From positions 11,321 through 75,320 of the forward strand of contig JAFDKF010000018.1 in assembly GCA_019307135.1 (NCBI GenBank): a DNA stretch of 64,000 nucleotides, read 5' to 3'. The notes under the pieces were generated by a model. That model was not told the DNA's origin. It saw only the letters and a list, made by a program, of their open reading frames with translations, and ran no database searches. Shown here piece after piece: positions 1 to 8,456 of this stretch. Each line of letters begins with the position of its first letter. The first letter of the stretch is position 1. The stretch comes from Deltaproteobacteria bacterium (GTDB taxonomy: Bacteria > Desulfobacterota > Desulfobacteria > Desulfobacterales > C00003060). The position numbers and the translations under genes were made by a program.

Positions 1-1
1 T

Positions 2-2227
2 TTTGTCCTTGGACTGAAGGAGCTCGGGAAAGAGACCGTGGCCTCGGCTGGCGGCAAGCTTGCGCACATGGCAGAGCTTGCCAATGTTTTGGGCCTTCCT
101 GTTCCCCCCGGGTTCGTGGTGACGACCTATGCCTACCAGACCTTTGTCCGGCACAATCAGATCCAGGACGTCTTGAACGAAAGAACGAGTAAGCTTGACA
201 TCCGCAATTATGACGAATTGACGGCCGCAAGCCACGAAATGCAGCAACTGGTTAGAAACGGACAAATACCACAGGAGATTGAAAAAGCCATCCTTGATGC
301 ATACAGCGCCATGTGTCAAGAGGCGGGGGAGGAGAACCTGAGGGTGTCTGTTCGGAGCAGTGCACTTCACGAAGACATTATGGCCAGTTTTGCAGGCCAG
401 TATGAAACAGCCCTGAATGTGCCTGCGGAGGACCTTCTGGCCCAATACAAGAGCGTGTTGTCCAGCCAGTTTACCCCTCGAGCCCTGTTTTATTACAAAG
501 ATAAGGGGTTCCGTATCGAAGAAATGGCCATGGCGGTGGGTGTGGTTGCCATGATCCAGGCCAAGGCCAGCGGTATCATGTACTCCTGTGATCCTGGCAG
601 CCCACAAGAAAATGCCATATTGATTAATGCGGTGTGGGGGCTCGGGGCCTATGCTGTGGGAGGCGTGGTGCCCACAGATAACTACAGGGTTTTTGGAGAC
701 GGCGCAAGAAAGATCATACATGAAGAGATAGGCCACCAGGAAGTGATGTTGGTCGGGGGGGCAGAAGGTGACACTCATGAAGTCCCCGTACCCAAAGAAT
801 TGCTGGGAAAACCGTGCCTGAGCGATGAGCAGATCTATGAGCTTGCCTCCTATGCGCGCAAGGTGAAAGCCCACTTTGGCCAGCCCCAGGATATGGAGTG
901 GACCATGGACCAAAAGGGTCAATTGTATCTCCTCCAGTCCCGGCTGTTGCGTGTGGCTCCTGCAGGAGCCCTGGCCGACGAGAAACCGCCAATGGTGCCC
1001 AAGGGGTACAAGATTCTCCTGGATAAGGGAACCATTGCTTGCCGCGGCGTTGGGGCGGGGCCTGTGTATGTCGTCAACCGCGAAGAGGACCTGGCGGATT
1101 TTCCTGAGGGTGGCGTGCTGGTGGTGAGACACACTCACCCGCAGTTTGCGGTGGTGCTTGAAAAGGCATCTGCTGTTGTCTCGGACATCGGAACTCTCCT
1201 GGGGCACCTGGCCACGGTAGCCAGAGAGTACAGTGTGCCGGCCATTTTTAGTACTGAGAACGCCACCAAGGTCCTCAAGAATGGCATGCACGTGACCGTG
1301 GATGCAGTCTATGCCAATATCTACGAGGGGGTCGTGGAAGAATTGCTGAGGAAAAAAAAGACTGACGATAGCTTTAAGGCGTCTCCTGTCCTAAGGCAAC
1401 TTCGAGAGATATTGCAAATGATAACCCCTTTGAACCTGACAGATCCACGGAGCCCGGACTTTAGACCCACAGGATGCAAGACGCTCCACGATATTACGAG
1501 GTTTGCCCATGAAGTCTCTCTGGAGGCCATGTTTGATCTTAGCAAAAAGAGTCATTTTGCTGCTGAATCGACTAAACAATTGGTCTACAGGGTTCCTATG
1601 CAGTGGTGGGTTATTGATCTGGAAGATGGTATCAAAGAAGGTGCAAAAGGGAAAAAGGTCAGATATGAAGAGATCGTATCTATCCCTATGCGAGCCCTGT
1701 GGGAAGGTATGACAGCCATACCGTGGAAAGGCCCCCCACCGGTGGATACCAGGGGTTTCCTTTCGGTTATGTTAGCGGCCTCGACAGATCCCAGCATGGA
1801 TCCTGCGGTTCGGAAAGGATTTGCCGAGAAGAATTATATCATCATCTCCAAGCACTTTTGCAACTTGAGTAGCCGGCTGGGGTTTCACTTTTCAACAACG
1901 GAGGCGTATGTAGGTGACAACCCTAATGAAAACTATGTCAGCTTTATCTTCAAAGGTGGCGCGGCCAATGTTGACCGGAGGGTGAGAAGGGTCCAGTTGA
2001 TTGGAAAACTCCTGCAGCAGTTTGATTTTCGAACCGAGGTCAAGGAGGATTCACTCTTTGCTCGCCTGGAAGGCCACGATCAGGATTATGTGAAGGAGCG
2101 TCTAAAGATATTAGGACACATCATCATGCATACCAGACAACTCGACATGGGCATGTCGAATGTCGCCAGGGCTAACTGGTATTATGAAGACATATTGAAA
2201 GGGATCGAGTCGTTTATGAGGAAATAG
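2..2227 (+). CDS. PEP-utilising enzyme, PpsA/PPDK-like (ATP-grasp nucleotide-binding half plus swivelling phosphohistidine domain, non-canonical C-terminal domain); 5' end lies outside the window
   Basis: The frame is open from base 2, upstream of track ORF 38..2227. The residues before the first Met (FVLGLKELGKETV-ASAGGK) already resemble the conserved PpsA N-terminus. A swivel-domain His motif (TLLGHLATVAREYSVPA) is present. The last ~270 aa do not look like the usual PEP/pyruvate TIM barrel. Confidence 0.75.
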   Translation, partial: FVLGLKELGKETVASAGGKLAHMAELANVLGLPVPPGFVVTTYAYQTFVRHNQIQDVLNERTSKLDIRNYDELTAASHEMQQLVRNGQIPQEIEKAILDAYSAMCQEAGEENLRVSVRSSALHEDIMASFAGQYETALNVPAEDLLAQYKSVLSSQFTPRALFYYKDKGFRIEEMAMAVGVVAMIQAKASGIMYSCDPGSPQENAILINAVWGLGAYAVGGVVPTDNYRVFGDGARKIIHEEIGHQEVMLVGGAEGDTHEVPVPKELLGKPCLSDEQIYELASYARKVKAHFGQPQDMEWTMDQKGQLYLLQSRLLRVAPAGALADEKPPMVPKGYKILLDKGTIACRGVGAGPVYVVNREEDLADFPEGGVLVVRHTHPQFAVVLEKASAVVSDIGTLLGHLATVAREYSVPAIFSTENATKVLKNGMHVTVDAVYANIYEGVVEELLRKKKTDDSFKASPVLRQLREILQMITPLNLTDPRSPDFRPTGCKTLHDITRFAHEVSLEAMFDLSKKSHFAAESTKQLVYRVPMQWWVIDLEDGIKEGAKGKKVRYEEIVSIPMRALWEGMTAIPWKGPPPVDTRGFLSVMLAASTDPSMDPAVRKGFAEKNYIIISKHFCNLSSRLGFHFSTTEAYVGDNPNENYVSFIFKGGAANVDRRVRRVQLIGKLLQQFDFRTEVKEDSLFARLEGHDQDYVKERLKILGHIIMHTRQLDMGMSNVARANWYYEDILKGIESFMRK

Positions 2228-2230
2228 TCC

Positions 2231-3553
2231 TTGAAGAGATACTTCAAATACTTTGCCCGAAAACGGGGCCTGCGCCTTATGACTATCGTCATCCTGGTTC
2301 TCCTGGTCGGTGCAGCCATACACACCGTGTACGCGAGCCAATCTATGATACAGGGTGCATTCGTTGCTGCGGTGGTTATTGCATTAGTAGCCTTTTTCAT
2401 CGCAAACGAAAGGGCCTGGCAGCAAACCCTTGAAGAGGAGCTAAAAGAAAAGACCAAAGACCTTGAAGATTATGCTCAGATGCTAAAATGTTCTGAGGAA
2501 AAATGCTGCTCTCTGGTAGAGTCAGCCGATGACCTGATCTATACGATAGGCAAAGATTGTAATGTCTTGTCTGTCAATCAATATAGCAGGAAACTCATGG
2601 GACACCGGTCTGAGGACATCATCGGCAAGAATATAAGTAACTTTATCGAATATGAAGGCAATAATGGTGTCCATTCTATCGTTGCAAGGATTTTCGAAAC
2701 CTCGGAGACTATTCTGCGAGAAGAGAAGGTAAAGATAGGGGATAAGGGGTATTGGCTCGACACAAAATACAGGGCTGTGCGACCAGACCAGGGTGAGGTA
2801 AATGCGGTTCTTGTGATTTCACGGGATATCACGGAACAGAAGAGGATGGAAGAACAGTTCTTTCACACGGCAAAACTGGCATCTATGGGGTCCCTTTCGG
2901 CCGGCGTTGCCCATGAAATGAACAACCCGATTGCCATTATCCTGGGTTTTACGGAACTATTGCTGGAAAGGGCCCCTGAGAATTCCAAAGAGTATGAAAT
3001 TCTCAAGACCATTGAAAGGCAAGGAAACAACTGTAAAAGAATCGTCGAAAATCTCCTTGCTTTTGCCAGGATTCCCAAAAAGACCACCACAGAGACTGAT
3101 GTGGTTGACGACCTACAAAATGTTGTCAATGTGGTTATGAATACCCTGCTGACCAGGAAGGTAGACCTCAAGACCGACATAGAAGAAACTCTCCCCACAG
3201 TGAGAGCGGACGGCCGGCAGCTCGAACAGGTGTTCTTGAACATTATTAACAATGCGGTGGCAGCTATGGATGGCGGGGGAATCCTGACCATCTCAGCACA
3301 CCGTTCCGGCGATATGGTCAATATAGGCTTTACAGATACAGGCCATGGCATATCCCCGGAGAATATGGACAAGATATTTGAACCGTTCTTTACCACCAAA
3401 GGAGAGGGAACAGGGTTAGGCCTTTCTGTGAGCTACGACATTGTGAAAAAGTTTGGAGGCGATATTCTGGTCAAAAGCCAAACCAGAGAGGAAGGCAAGG
3501 AGGCCGGGACTACCTTTACGGTGTTACTACCTGTGGCCGATGGGGAAGATTGA
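2231..3553 (+). CDS. Membrane-anchored PAS sensor histidine kinase
   Basis: Track ORF of 440 aa with an N-terminal TM segment and a PAS-like region. It has an H-box (HEMNNPIAIILGF), N-box (NIINNAVAAM), G1 (DTGHGI) and G2 (GTGLGLS). The TTG start at 2231 is uncertain; ATG 2279 is an alternative. Confidence 0.85.
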   Translation: MKRYFKYFARKRGLRLMTIVILVLLVGAAIHTVYASQSMIQGAFVAAVVIALVAFFIANERAWQQTLEEELKEKTKDLEDYAQMLKCSEEKCCSLVESADDLIYTIGKDCNVLSVNQYSRKLMGHRSEDIIGKNISNFIEYEGNNGVHSIVARIFETSETILREEKVKIGDKGYWLDTKYRAVRPDQGEVNAVLVISRDITEQKRMEEQFFHTAKLASMGSLSAGVAHEMNNPIAIILGFTELLLERAPENSKEYEILKTIERQGNNCKRIVENLLAFARIPKKTTTETDVVDDLQNVVNVVMNTLLTRKVDLKTDIEETLPTVRADGRQLEQVFLNIINNAVAAMDGGGILTISAHRSGDMVNIGFTDTGHGISPENMDKIFEPFFTTKGEGTGLGLSVSYDIVKKFGGDILVKSQTREEGKEAGTTFTVLLPVADGED

Positions 3554-3645
3554 AAATTGAGAATTGGGAATTGAGGATTGAGAATTGAATAACCAATAAC
3601 CAATAACGGCCACTTCAACCTCTCTGTGTGAGTGGCATTGTTGCC

Positions 3646-3698
3646 TGTGGGAGCGGCTTTCCAGCCGCGATCATCGCGGCTGGAAAGCCGCTCCCACA
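3646..3698. repeat. Perfect 53-nt palindrome (26-nt arms around one central base) between the kinase and receiver genes
   Basis: tgtgggagcggctttccagccgcgat-c-atcgcggctggaaagccgctcccaca, read directly. The element is REP-like, and its translation creates the false N-terminal extension of track ORF 3628..4140. Confidence 0.8.
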
Positions 3699-3717
3699 AA
3701 CATCAAAGGAGAAGATC

Positions 3718-4140
3718 ATGCCACAAAAGATTCTAGTCATTGACGACGAACTCGATATGCTCATGCTGTTGAGGATGATCATTGAAGATAACACCGACTA
3801 TGAAGTGGAGACGACCAATAACCCGTCCGAAGCGCTGAAAATGGTCAGGGAAAACGATTATGACCTTGTCATTTCCGACCTCAAGATGCCTGGTATGGAC
3901 GGGTTAGAGCTCTGTGATGAAGTTAGAGAAATAAACCCGGATCTTCCTCTGATCATGATCACGGCCTATGGTTCCCTTGAAACAGCCGATGAGGCCATGA
4001 AAAAGGGGGTTGCTGACTTCATCACCAAACCTTTCAGGAAGGACGGTATCCTCTTTACCATAAACAGGGTCCTGGAACTTGCACGGGTAAAAAGGGAGAA
4101 CATAGAGCTCAAAGAGAAGTTAGGTAAACAGAGCACCTGA
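3718..4140 (+). CDS. Stand-alone CheY-like response-regulator receiver
   Basis: The ATG at 3718 is preceded by aaggag. Receiver motifs are present: ILVIDDE, VISDLKMPGMDG and ITKPF. There is no output domain. Confidence 0.85.
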   Translation: MPQKILVIDDELDMLMLLRMIIEDNTDYEVETTNNPSEALKMVRENDYDLVISDLKMPGMDGLELCDEVREINPDLPLIMITAYGSLETADEAMKKGVADFITKPFRKDGILFTINRVLELARVKRENIELKEKLGKQST

Positions 4141-4154
4141 ACGTAGGAAAGTTG

Positions 4155-4390
4155 CAACCTGTGCGGTTAGGTGATTCCTAAGCCTTTCAGAATGACCGGG
4201 GTTCCCGTAGGGGCGGCCCGCCCTGGCGCGACAGAGATTGGACAATACCCAGAGGTGAAAAACCCGGTCTGGGCCAGGGGTTTACCCCGCCCGAATCGAT
4301 TTGGTGGGCGGCATAAAGCCGCCCCTACGACGTCTCCTTCATAACCATTAACTCATTGACAAAACACTGTAAATGCTAACCGCACAGGCT
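4155..4390. mobile_element. MITE, family B (terminal inverted repeats cCACCTGTGCGGTTAG), copy B1, carrying a nested mini-hairpin insertion
   Basis: The ends are caacctgtgcggttag and ctaaccgcacaggct. The core is the reverse complement of copy B2 (26594..26780) plus an extra ~67 bp (gcccgccctggcgcgac...cccggtctgggccagggg) inserted in the central GTAGGGGCGG hairpin. The flanking 9-mers are degenerate (ggaaagttg / caaagcttg). Confidence 0.7.
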
Positions 4391-4623
4391 CAAAGCTTGT
4401 GGACTCCTGGTTCCAACGCTCTGCGTTGGAACCCATTCCACCGGACGCTCTGCGTCCTCTCTCAAAGACGCAGAGTGCCACGCAAAGTCCCAATCTTTCG
4501 TAATAGTGTACCCCCTACTCCTTTTTCTGTCATTTCGACCCCTTTGCCTCTGTCATTTCGAGCGAAGCTTTGCGATACAGCAGGGCCACTGAATGACCCT
4601 GCCACATATCGCAAGGTATTCCG

Positions 4624-5313
4624 TTAGTGTTCCAGCTTCATGCCCCATCCTTCAAACATGAACAAAATGGCAAAGCCGTACCAGACGGTGTAAACCACGT
4701 AAAAAATCAAGGAGAAGGTGACCATGCCAATACGGTCATCGATTTTTTGAGGTTCGATCTTGTAGTAGTTATAGGACGTCTCCACGGCCTTTTTCCTGAC
4801 CGTAGTAACCATCTTGGCCTCTTTAAACTTCTTCTGCGTCTTTAAGTTCTTATCCATCGCCTTCAGTGCGTTCCACCAGTTAAAAAGGACCCGCTTTTCG
4901 TCGTAGCCGTACTTGCCGGAGACCGCTTGCCCATTGTTTCTATACATGTCCTCTGCATCGGCAAGACAGTTTTCCAGGATCTTGGCCAGGTCACCGCTAA
5001 CCTTCAACTCTGCACCTGACGTGCTTACGGAGGCACCGCCGCTCTTAAAAAGTGGAGCGGTCTGCCCGGCCTGCTTCTCGTCCGCCATTTTTAAGGTCAC
5101 ATCCACAGAGTTCCCCTTGAACTTGTCTTCGACCCCTTTCTTGACCTCTGGAATATAATAGGCCGAGTTCTTTGATATGGTGTTATACAACTCGTCTAAG
5201 TATTCCAGACCGTTTTTGCCCTTGAAAATAGGCGCGAACATGATGAACAGCACCACGGTAAACGTCACCATCATGCCAAGGCCGCCATAAAACTCTTTTT
5301 TTCCCTCAATCAT
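4624..5313 (-). CDS. Bitopic membrane protein of unknown family (third gene of the CBS/TSUP operon, copy 1)
   Basis: Track ORF of 229 aa with hydrophobic helices at the N and C termini and a ~150-aa K/E-rich soluble middle. It overlaps the upstream permease stop by ATGA. Its paralogue is 7770..8456. Confidence 0.7.
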   Translation of the reverse strand: MIEGKKEFYGGLGMMVTFTVVLFIMFAPIFKGKNGLEYLDELYNTISKNSAYYIPEVKKGVEDKFKGNSVDVTLKMADEKQAGQTAPLFKSGGASVSTSGAELKVSGDLAKILENCLADAEDMYRNNGQAVSGKYGYDEKRVLFNWWNALKAMDKNLKTQKKFKEAKMVTTVRKKAVETSYNYYKIEPQKIDDRIGMVTFSLIFYVVYTVWYGFAILFMFEGWGMKLEH

Positions 5314-6611
5314 GATTTCGCCTCCTCTCCCTTAAGGACCCTAAGATTCCTGAAGAACGTGGCAGTCACCCAAATCGCAAACCCGCCGATAATAATGAAA
5401 AAGGCATAGATTCCGATCTGCTCCAGGACGTAGCACACCGTTTTTGATATGGTAATGACCTCCATGTCCTGCAACTTGGCCGGCAGGGCAAAGAACCGGT
5501 TGACAAAACCGGCTATAATGGCCATGGCGTAAAAGCCACGGATCGTGACACCCTTCACCACCTTTGTGACCATTGCGCCGACCTGGATACCGAGCAAGGA
5601 TCCTAAGAGCATGCCCGTGGCCAGGGTGTAGAAGATAAACCCGTAGATGGCGTACTGGCCTATCGCGGCATAGCTTGCCGTGAAGATGATCTGGAAGATG
5701 TCAGTTCCCACCGTGGTCATGGAGGAAACCCCCAGGACATAGACGAATATGGGAAAGGTCACAAAACCGCCGCCAACCCCCATAATCGCAGCCAGAAACC
5801 CGACAAAGAAACCGGCGAGGACCAAAAACACCCATGAAATCCCGCGTCCACCAGGGGTAAAGTCAAAATCGAACTTGACCATCGGAGGAAGCTTCATGGA
5901 CTGAAGCTTTTTGGGCAGATTACCCATCTCAACCCCTTCTTCTTTTCCACCATGGCCACCTGCTTCTGGTTCTGCTGCTGCTCCTGCCGCCTTCCTAGCC
6001 CTGAGAAAGTCGGTCCCCGCGTAGATTCCCAAAAACCCCAACATGATCGAGTAGACAACCGTAATAAATGCATCACTCATCACAGGATTGATCTCATAGA
6101 TCAAGCGATTAATGTACCCGCCCACTGTCGCTCCTGTGATGGAGCCGATCAAGAAGGTCACGGCCAGGGGCACGGACACGTTTCCTAACTTCCGGTGGAT
6201 CACGCTCCCCATGATCGCCTTGGCAAAGATGTGAAACAGGTCCGTTCCGACGACCAGGATGCCTTTGATGCCTGCGCTCATCAGGGCAGGAGTAATAACG
6301 AACCCGCCACCCGCGCCGATGCAGCCTGTGATCAGGCCCGCCATCGCACCGATAAGAATGGATATGATAAAGATACCGGTACCGTAAAACGCCGGGCTGT
6401 ACGCCTTCTTGCCGCCCAGGAATTGCGGCATGGCCCCGGCAATCTCATCAGCAAAAGCGACACCCAGGATTATAATGGGAACGATCAACAACCCGAGTGC
6501 AATCAGCCGCTTGCGGTCCCGAAGTATGGTGTTTGAGTTCTCGATTTCCCATTTGGCAAAGGATCTTGCCCCCATCATCATAAATTCGCCCCACTGTTTA
6601 AAAAAACTCAT
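5310..6611 (-). CDS. Double-length TSUP (TauE/SafE, DUF81) family anion permease, copy 1
   Basis: Two TSUP-like halves carry GxGGG motifs (GCIGAGGGFVITPALM, IMGVGGGFVTFPIF). I place the start at ATG 6611 (MSFFKQWGEF) because it aligns with the paralogue start MNFFRQWYEF. The track ORF extends to 6671 through a TTG. Confidence 0.8.
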   Translation of the reverse strand: MSFFKQWGEFMMMGARSFAKWEIENSNTILRDRKRLIALGLLIVPIIILGVAFADEIAGAMPQFLGGKKAYSPAFYGTGIFIISILIGAMAGLITGCIGAGGGFVITPALMSAGIKGILVVGTDLFHIFAKAIMGSVIHRKLGNVSVPLAVTFLIGSITGATVGGYINRLIYEINPVMSDAFITVVYSIMLGFLGIYAGTDFLRARKAAGAAAEPEAGGHGGKEEGVEMGNLPKKLQSMKLPPMVKFDFDFTPGGRGISWVFLVLAGFFVGFLAAIMGVGGGFVTFPIFVYVLGVSSMTTVGTDIFQIIFTASYAAIGQYAIYGFIFYTLATGMLLGSLLGIQVGAMVTKVVKGVTIRGFYAMAIIAGFVNRFFALPAKLQDMEVITISKTVCYVLEQIGIYAFFIIIGGFAIWVTATFFRNLRVLKGEEAKS

Positions 6612-6726
6612 GGCAAATCTCTCCTTTTCTGTATAGTTTTTGTGTATAGACCCAGTATCGTGTAGCAGCAACCTCTACCCCCCCCCCGTTACATCTGTTC
6701 ACACCCCCTTTCCATGCTTCGCAATT

Positions 6727-6800
6727 AGTCGAGTGGTCGAGTGGGAAAATGGTCAAGTGGTTGACGACTCGACTACTCAACGACTCGACTACTCAACCAA
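6727..6800. repeat. Hairpin repeat, family I (CGAGTGGTCGAGTGG / CGACTCGACTACTCAAC arms), between the CBS and permease genes
   Basis: The inverted arms were read directly. The same element lies at the equivalent place in the second operon copy (9861..9935), and a related copy is at 42363..42443. Confidence 0.6.
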
Positions 6801-6817
6801 CTAGGGCGCAGCCCCTT

Positions 6818-7087
6818 CTACTCCACTATGATCCTCCGACGCTGCATAACAACGCCTCGCCTCCCTTTTGAGTTCAGATTCCCTTCCAATCCGACTTGCT
6901 TCAGGGCATCCTCAAGCGTGATCATGCCCAAAACCTCCTTTCCCCGGGTTACGGCAACCCGCTTCAGGTCATTCTTGAGCATGACCTCGAGGGCCTCCAT
7001 GATCCTGTCTTCAGGACCAACAGAGGGTTTCAGCCCAACCTCTTCCTGGATCGGTATGATGATCGCTTTAACAGAAAGCCTTTTCAT
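6818..7087 (-). CDS. Single-CBS-domain protein (first gene of the CBS/TSUP operon, copy 1)
   Basis: The protein MKRLSVKAIIIPI...VLGMITLEDALKQ fits one CBS motif. I place the start at ATG 7087. The track ORF extension to 7186 is a translation of the sigma-54 promoter (see the rejected items). Confidence 0.75.
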   Translation of the reverse strand: MKRLSVKAIIIPIQEEVGLKPSVGPEDRIMEALEVMLKNDLKRVAVTRGKEVLGMITLEDALKQVGLEGNLNSKGRRGVVMQRRRIIVE

Positions 7088-7114
7088 GCCGGTCAGCGTC
7101 CTGCAGTAAAAAGA

Positions 7115-7129
7115 GCAATGGGTATGCCA
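7115..7129 (-). promoter_or_regulatory. Sigma-54 (-24/-12) promoter P1
   Basis: The minus strand reads cTTGGCATacccaTTGCTc, with GG and GC separated by exactly 10 nt. It lies ~28 nt upstream of ATG 7087. Confidence 0.8.
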
Positions 7130-7252
7130 AGACACATGATGACGGGGAATTGGACCAACTAGAAGGAAATAAAGAGGATTATTCAAAAGTGGATGGGCCT
7201 TTGGCTGTGGCCCAGGATAGATGTCTGTCAGGATTTTTTACAGATTGTAAAA
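7130..7252 (-). promoter_or_regulatory. Upstream activating region shared with the locus at 21947..22070
   Basis: This region is colinear with 21947..22070 on the opposite strand. Conserved blocks include the 15-bp palindrome TTTACAatcTGTAAA (~115 bp upstream of -24), CTGACAGACATCT, TGGGCCAC and CTTTTGAATAAT. Confidence 0.6.
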
Positions 7253-7277
7253 GATGGGCGTGAATCGAATGAGGAAT

Positions 7278-7628
7278 GACAAACGTCAAAGGCAACCGTT
7301 CACAGAGCAACCGTCTTTTGTCATTGCGAGGAGTCCCGAATGGATCGGGACGACGAAGCAATCTCCAGGGTTTGGGATTAGGAAAGTCGTAACTTCTCAA
7401 TAAGTTGGGGCAAATCATTTTTTGCGACTATTCACTGGATTCCCGCTTTCGCGGGAATGACAGGCACTTGCACCCAATCGTCATTCCCGCGAAGGCGGGA
7501 ATCCAGTAGCTATTACCCGGACTTTCTGAGAACTTACGGAAAGTCTTCCTACTAGCCTTTCAGAGATTGCTTCGCTTCGCTCGCAATGACCGTTCGGTGA
7601 ACGCCCCCGTGAATGGTTACCGTCAACT
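7278..7628. mobile_element. Palindromic element, family F (GTCATTGCGAGG ... CCTCGCAATGAC core), hosting a nested family-H MITE
   Basis: The imperfect inverted arms are ggcaaccgttcac...gtcattgcgagg and ctcgcaatgac...gtgaatggttacc. The outer borders are approximate. Confidence 0.5.
7389..7537. mobile_element. MITE, family H (termini GTAACTTCTCAATAAGTTGGGG / CCGGACTTTCTGAGAACTTAC), copy H1, nested in the family-F element
   Basis: It is flanked by a perfect 8-bp direct repeat, ggaaagtc (7381..7388 and 7538..7545). The interior contains the hairpin ctggattcccgc...gcgggaatccag. Confidence 0.75.
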
Positions 7629-7769
7629 TAAATGGGGAAAACATGGAAGTGAAAAAGAAGTGAAATGAATAGGGTTGGGGATGGGTTGGGATTTACGATA
7701 CGGCAAGACATTAGCGGCCCTGCCGTATCGCAAGGTATTGACTCACATAAAATCGCTTCGCGATCTTAG

Positions 7770-8456
7770 TTAATGACTCAGCTTCATACCCCATCCTTCA
7801 AACATGAACATGATGGCAAAGCCGTACCACAGGGTGTAAACCACATAAAAGATCAAAGAGAAGATCACAATGCCAATCTTGTCACCGATTTTTTGGGGCT
7901 CGATCTTATAGTAGTTATAAGACGACTCCACAGCCTTTTTCACCACCATGGCAATGATCTTGGCCTCCTTGAACTTCTTCTGCTTCTTCAGGTCCTTATC
8001 CATGGTCTTGGATGCCTTCCACCAGTTATAAAGGACCCGCCTCTCATCATAGCCGTATTTGCCCTTAACCTCTTCCCCTTTGTTATGATACATACTATCT
8101 GCATCAGCAAGGCAGTTTGCCAGAATCTTGCCCAGGTCGCCGGTGACCTTCAACTCTGCCGACGATGTGGTTACCGAGGCGCCGCCCTTCTCAAAGAGGG
8201 GAGCAGTCTGCCTGGCCTGTGTCTCATCCGCCATCTTCAAGGTCACAGTTACGGAGTTCCCGACAAACTCGTCGGTCGCTTCCTTGACCTTTGGAATGTA
8301 GTAGGCCGAGCCCTTGGATATGGAGTTATACAGGCTGTCCAGGTATTCCAAACCGTTCTGGCCCTTGAAGACAGGTGAAAATACGATAATCAGGACCACG
8401 ATAAAAGCCGCCATCATGCCAACGCCGCCATAAAATTCTTTCTTATGCTCAATCAT
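7770..8456 (-). CDS. Bitopic membrane protein of unknown family (copy 2)
   Basis: Track ORF of 228 aa, colinear with 4624..5313, with the same ATGA overlap with the permease gene. Confidence 0.7.
   Translation of the reverse strand: MIEHKKEFYGGVGMMAAFIVVLIIVFSPVFKGQNGLEYLDSLYNSISKGSAYYIPKVKEATDEFVGNSVTVTLKMADETQARQTAPLFEKGGASVTTSSAELKVTGDLGKILANCLADADSMYHNKGEEVKGKYGYDERRVLYNWWKASKTMDKDLKKQKKFKEAKIIAMVVKKAVESSYNYYKIEPQKIGDKIGIVIFSLIFYVVYTLWYGFAIMFMFEGWGMKLSH

Noticed and set aside
3633-3645. tggcattgttgcc, which resembles a sigma-54 promoter
   Set aside because: The GG and GC dinucleotides are separated by 7 nt rather than 10.
6818-7186. The N-terminal extensions of track ORFs 6818..7186 and 22014..22523, which share the peptide HH[VL]SWHTHCSF
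   Set aside because: The shared peptide is the translation of the duplicated sigma-54 promoter TTGGCAyACCCATTGCT. The paralogue alignment and ribosome-binding sites support the internal starts at 7087 and 22122.
7773-8378. A 201-aa plus-strand ORF antisense to the membrane-protein gene
   Set aside because: The equivalent frame in the paralogous copy is broken (only 72 aa, 4627..4845). The minus-strand frame is intact, has TM helices and is conserved in both copies.
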